Below, one piece after another: positions 62,391 to 64,000 of a DNA stretch of 64,000 nt (position 1 is the stretch's first letter; each line of letters opens with the position of its first letter). A program made the position numbers and the translations under genes. The notes under the pieces are model-generated. The model had not been told where the DNA came from, did no database searches, and saw only the letters and a program-made list of their open reading frames with translations. This DNA is from Gemmatimonadaceae bacterium (GTDB lineage Bacteria; Gemmatimonadota; Gemmatimonadetes; Gemmatimonadales; Gemmatimonadaceae), in NCBI GenBank assembly GCA_013361335.1, contig JABFYH010000003.1, positions 4,217 to 68,216 of the forward strand, in the 5' to 3' direction.

Positions 62391-62791
62391 GCGCGGCGCC
62401 GCTGGACTACGATTTCGCCGTGCTTCGCGTGGTGCCGCGGGTGCACCTGGGCGCGTTCGTGAACGTCGGCGTCGTGCTGCACGCGCGGGCCGCCGAGTTC
62501 CTGGCGCTGCGCGTGCTCACGGACGTCGCCGCCCTTCAGGCCCGTCTTCCGGGGATGGATGCCGAGCTCCTCGCGCGCTACCTGCGCGCCAGCGAAGCGA
62601 TCTGCGCCGGCGATCCGACCGCCGGCCCGGTCGCCCTTGCCCCGCCGTCCGAGCGGTTCCACTGGCTCACCGCGCCGCGCTCCGACGTCCTTCAGAGCTC
62701 GCCGGTGCACGAGGGCGTGTGCGGCGACCTGCCACGCGAGCTCGAACGGCTATATGGGGCGTACGTGCTCGAGCCGGCAACTCATGGCTGA
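62387..62791 (+). CDS. DUF3037-like protein
   Basis: YDFAVLRVVPRVHLGAFVNVGVVLH matches my memory of DUF3037 N-termini. The GTG start overlaps the kinase stop (GTGA). Confidence 0.5.
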   Translation: MSAAPLDYDFAVLRVVPRVHLGAFVNVGVVLHARAAEFLALRVLTDVAALQARLPGMDAELLARYLRASEAICAGDPTAGPVALAPPSERFHWLTAPRSDVLQSSPVHEGVCGDLPRELERLYGAYVLEPATHG

Positions 62792-62844
62792 CAGCCATCG
62801 GCTTCGGTTGTAGCTTGAGACAGACCCTGCACCGGGAGCGGTTG

Positions 62845-63033
62845 ATGAACGACGCCCAGCTCAAGGCTCTGCTGCGGAAGACCCAGGCCGCCGCCGCGGC
62901 CGCGAAGCCGAAGAAGAATCGCACCTACGACGCGACCCTCGACGCGACCCGCCCGCCGACGACCGAAGAGGGCGAGGCGGCCGACGCCGATGCGGCGGAC
63001 CTGTTCGCGCAGATGAAGAAGCGCGAGTTCTGA
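62845..63033 (+). CDS. Possible small charged protein (62 aa)
   Basis: ATG 62845 follows GGGAGCGG. The sequence is Lys/Ala-rich and then acidic (MNDAQLKALLRKTQAAAAAAKPKKNR...EEGEAADADAADLF). I recognise no family. Confidence 0.3.
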   Translation: MNDAQLKALLRKTQAAAAAAKPKKNRTYDATLDATRPPTTEEGEAADADAADLFAQMKKREF

Positions 63034-63041
63034 GCACGGCG

Positions 63042-63314
63042 ATGTCTCGCGCGTTCGTCAACGAGGATGCCGGCGGCACCGCGCCACGCCGCGGCTATGG
63101 CCTTCCGCCGCGTGAGGATCCCGGCTTCGACGCGGCGGCGGCCGAGGCGCTGCTCGAGGCGGCGCGGGCTGGTGAGACGGAGAGCGCCGAGCTCGCGACG
63201 GGCTACTATTGGGGCGAGCCGCGCCTTCGCGAGCATGTGCAGCGCATCCTCGCCCGCGCGCGATCGACCGGTGACGACCGCCTGGAGCAGCTGGCCGAGC
63301 GCTATCTGCGGTGA
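63042..63314 (+). CDS. Hypothetical protein (90 aa)
   Basis: MSRAFVNEDAGG... with high GC3. Its stop overlaps the GTG of the downstream mutarotase gene (GTGA). Confidence 0.5.
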   Translation: MSRAFVNEDAGGTAPRRGYGLPPREDPGFDAAAAEALLEAARAGETESAELATGYYWGEPRLREHVQRILARARSTGDDRLEQLAERYLR

Positions 63315-64000
63315 TCGCAGCGCTCCGGACGCGGCCCGATGCCGGTGGGTTGTCGCTCGTCTCGCTGCGCGCCGATGACGGTGCGGCCGCGGACGTGTAC
63401 CTGCACGGCGCCCACGTCACCTCGTGGCGGCCGGCGCCCGGCGACGAGGAGCGCCTCTTCCTCAGTGGCCGCTCGGAGTTCCGGAACGGGGCCGCGATTC
63501 GTGGCGGCATTCCGGTGATCTTCCCGCAGTTCGCCGCCGAAGGTCCGCTCCCGCGACACGGCTTCGCGCGGACCGCCACGTGGAGCCTCGACGACGTGGG
63601 ACGCGCCGCCGACGGCGGCCACGTCGCCACCCTGTCGCTTCGTGACTCACCGGAGACGCGCGCGATCTGGGACGCGCGCTTCCTCGCGACGCTCACCGTG
63701 CGCGTCGTCGGCGCGACGCTGACGACCACGCTCGCCGTCGAGAACGTCGGCGCGTCCGCCCTCTCGTTCACCGGGGCGTTGCACACCTATCTCCGCGTGC
63801 ACGACGTCGCTCGCGCCGAAGTCGTCGGACTCGAGGGCGCACGGTACCGTGACGCCGCCGACCGTACGACGCTACGCACCGAGAACACACCCATGCTGCG
63901 CGTGACAGGTGCGCTCGATCGCGTGTACGTCGGCGCGCCCACGGCGCTGCTCGTGCGCGAGCCGGAACGCGCGGTGCGCGTGTCGACGCGCGGCTTCCCC
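63311..64000 (+). CDS. D-hexose-6-phosphate mutarotase (aldose 1-epimerase family), 3' end outside window
   Basis: This frame is not in the ORF track because it has no stop in the window. My translation from GTG 63311 gives ...YLHGAHVTSWRP, IRGGIPVIFPQF, PRHGFARTATW, FTGALHTYLRV. Confidence 0.75.
   Translation, partial: MIAALRTRPDAGGLSLVSLRADDGAAADVYLHGAHVTSWRPAPGDEERLFLSGRSEFRNGAAIRGGIPVIFPQFAAEGPLPRHGFARTATWSLDDVGRAADGGHVATLSLRDSPETRAIWDARFLATLTVRVVGATLTTTLAVENVGASALSFTGALHTYLRVHDVARAEVVGLEGARYRDAADRTTLRTENTPMLRVTGALDRVYVGAPTALLVREPERAVRVSTRGFP

Overview
This is a bacterial chromosome segment of roughly 70% G+C with about 60 protein-coding genes. Gene content resembles a soil Gemmatimonadota or Acidobacteriota organism, but the taxon cannot be determined from this window. 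I saw no rRNA, tRNA, CRISPR array, transposase or integrase.

Gene blocks:
- nt 1-33.6 kb: a large PEP-CTERM/exosortase-associated exopolysaccharide locus. It holds a 5'-truncated Wzz/BY-kinase, a priming sugar transferase, seven GT4/GT2 glycosyltransferases and a Wzy-like polymerase. It also holds two AsnB-type amidotransferases, three acyltransferase_3 genes, an FkbM-like methyltransferase and an AlgD-like GDP-mannose dehydrogenase. Secreted proteins include a heparinase II/III-like protein and a Big_2/beta-helix protein. The locus ends with a Wzm/Wzt ABC exporter, EpsI plus exosortase, a Big_2 lipoprotein and a monocistronic PEP-CTERM protein.
- 33.8-36.3 kb: a GroES-like protein, a bacilliredoxin and a YqjD/E/K-like membrane trio.
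- 36.4-39.0 kb: a second PEP-CTERM islet with a polysaccharide deacetylase, a CPBP protease and a PEP-CTERM protein carrying 18 perfect 12-bp (PPTT) repeats.
- 39.2-43.7 kb: NatAB-like and ModBC-like ABC transporters.
- 43.7-50.0 kb: two tandem paralogous GT-C-like membrane proteins, a polyprenyl-phosphate-type GT2 and two SAM methyltransferases.
- 50-55.3 kb: M20 peptidase, YciI, a c-type cytochrome, topoisomerase IB, DUF488 and an M48 protease.
- 55.3-61.0 kb: a sufB-sufC-sufD-sufU-Rieske-sufS operon.
- 61.2-64 kb: a translationally coupled cupin / HipA-like kinase / DUF3037-like trio, small ORFs, and a 3'-truncated hexose-6-phosphate mutarotase.

The most striking non-genic signal is a family of GGTGA(A/T)C heptamer and GGTGAGAC octamer tandem arrays. 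They sit exactly at gene 3' ends at 4 loci, and one builds a roughly 30-bp hairpin inside the suf operon.

Limits: all family calls come from motif recognition by eye, with no searches run. Start codons in this high-GC DNA are often uncertain. Many long alternate-frame ORFs in the supplied track are shadow ORFs.
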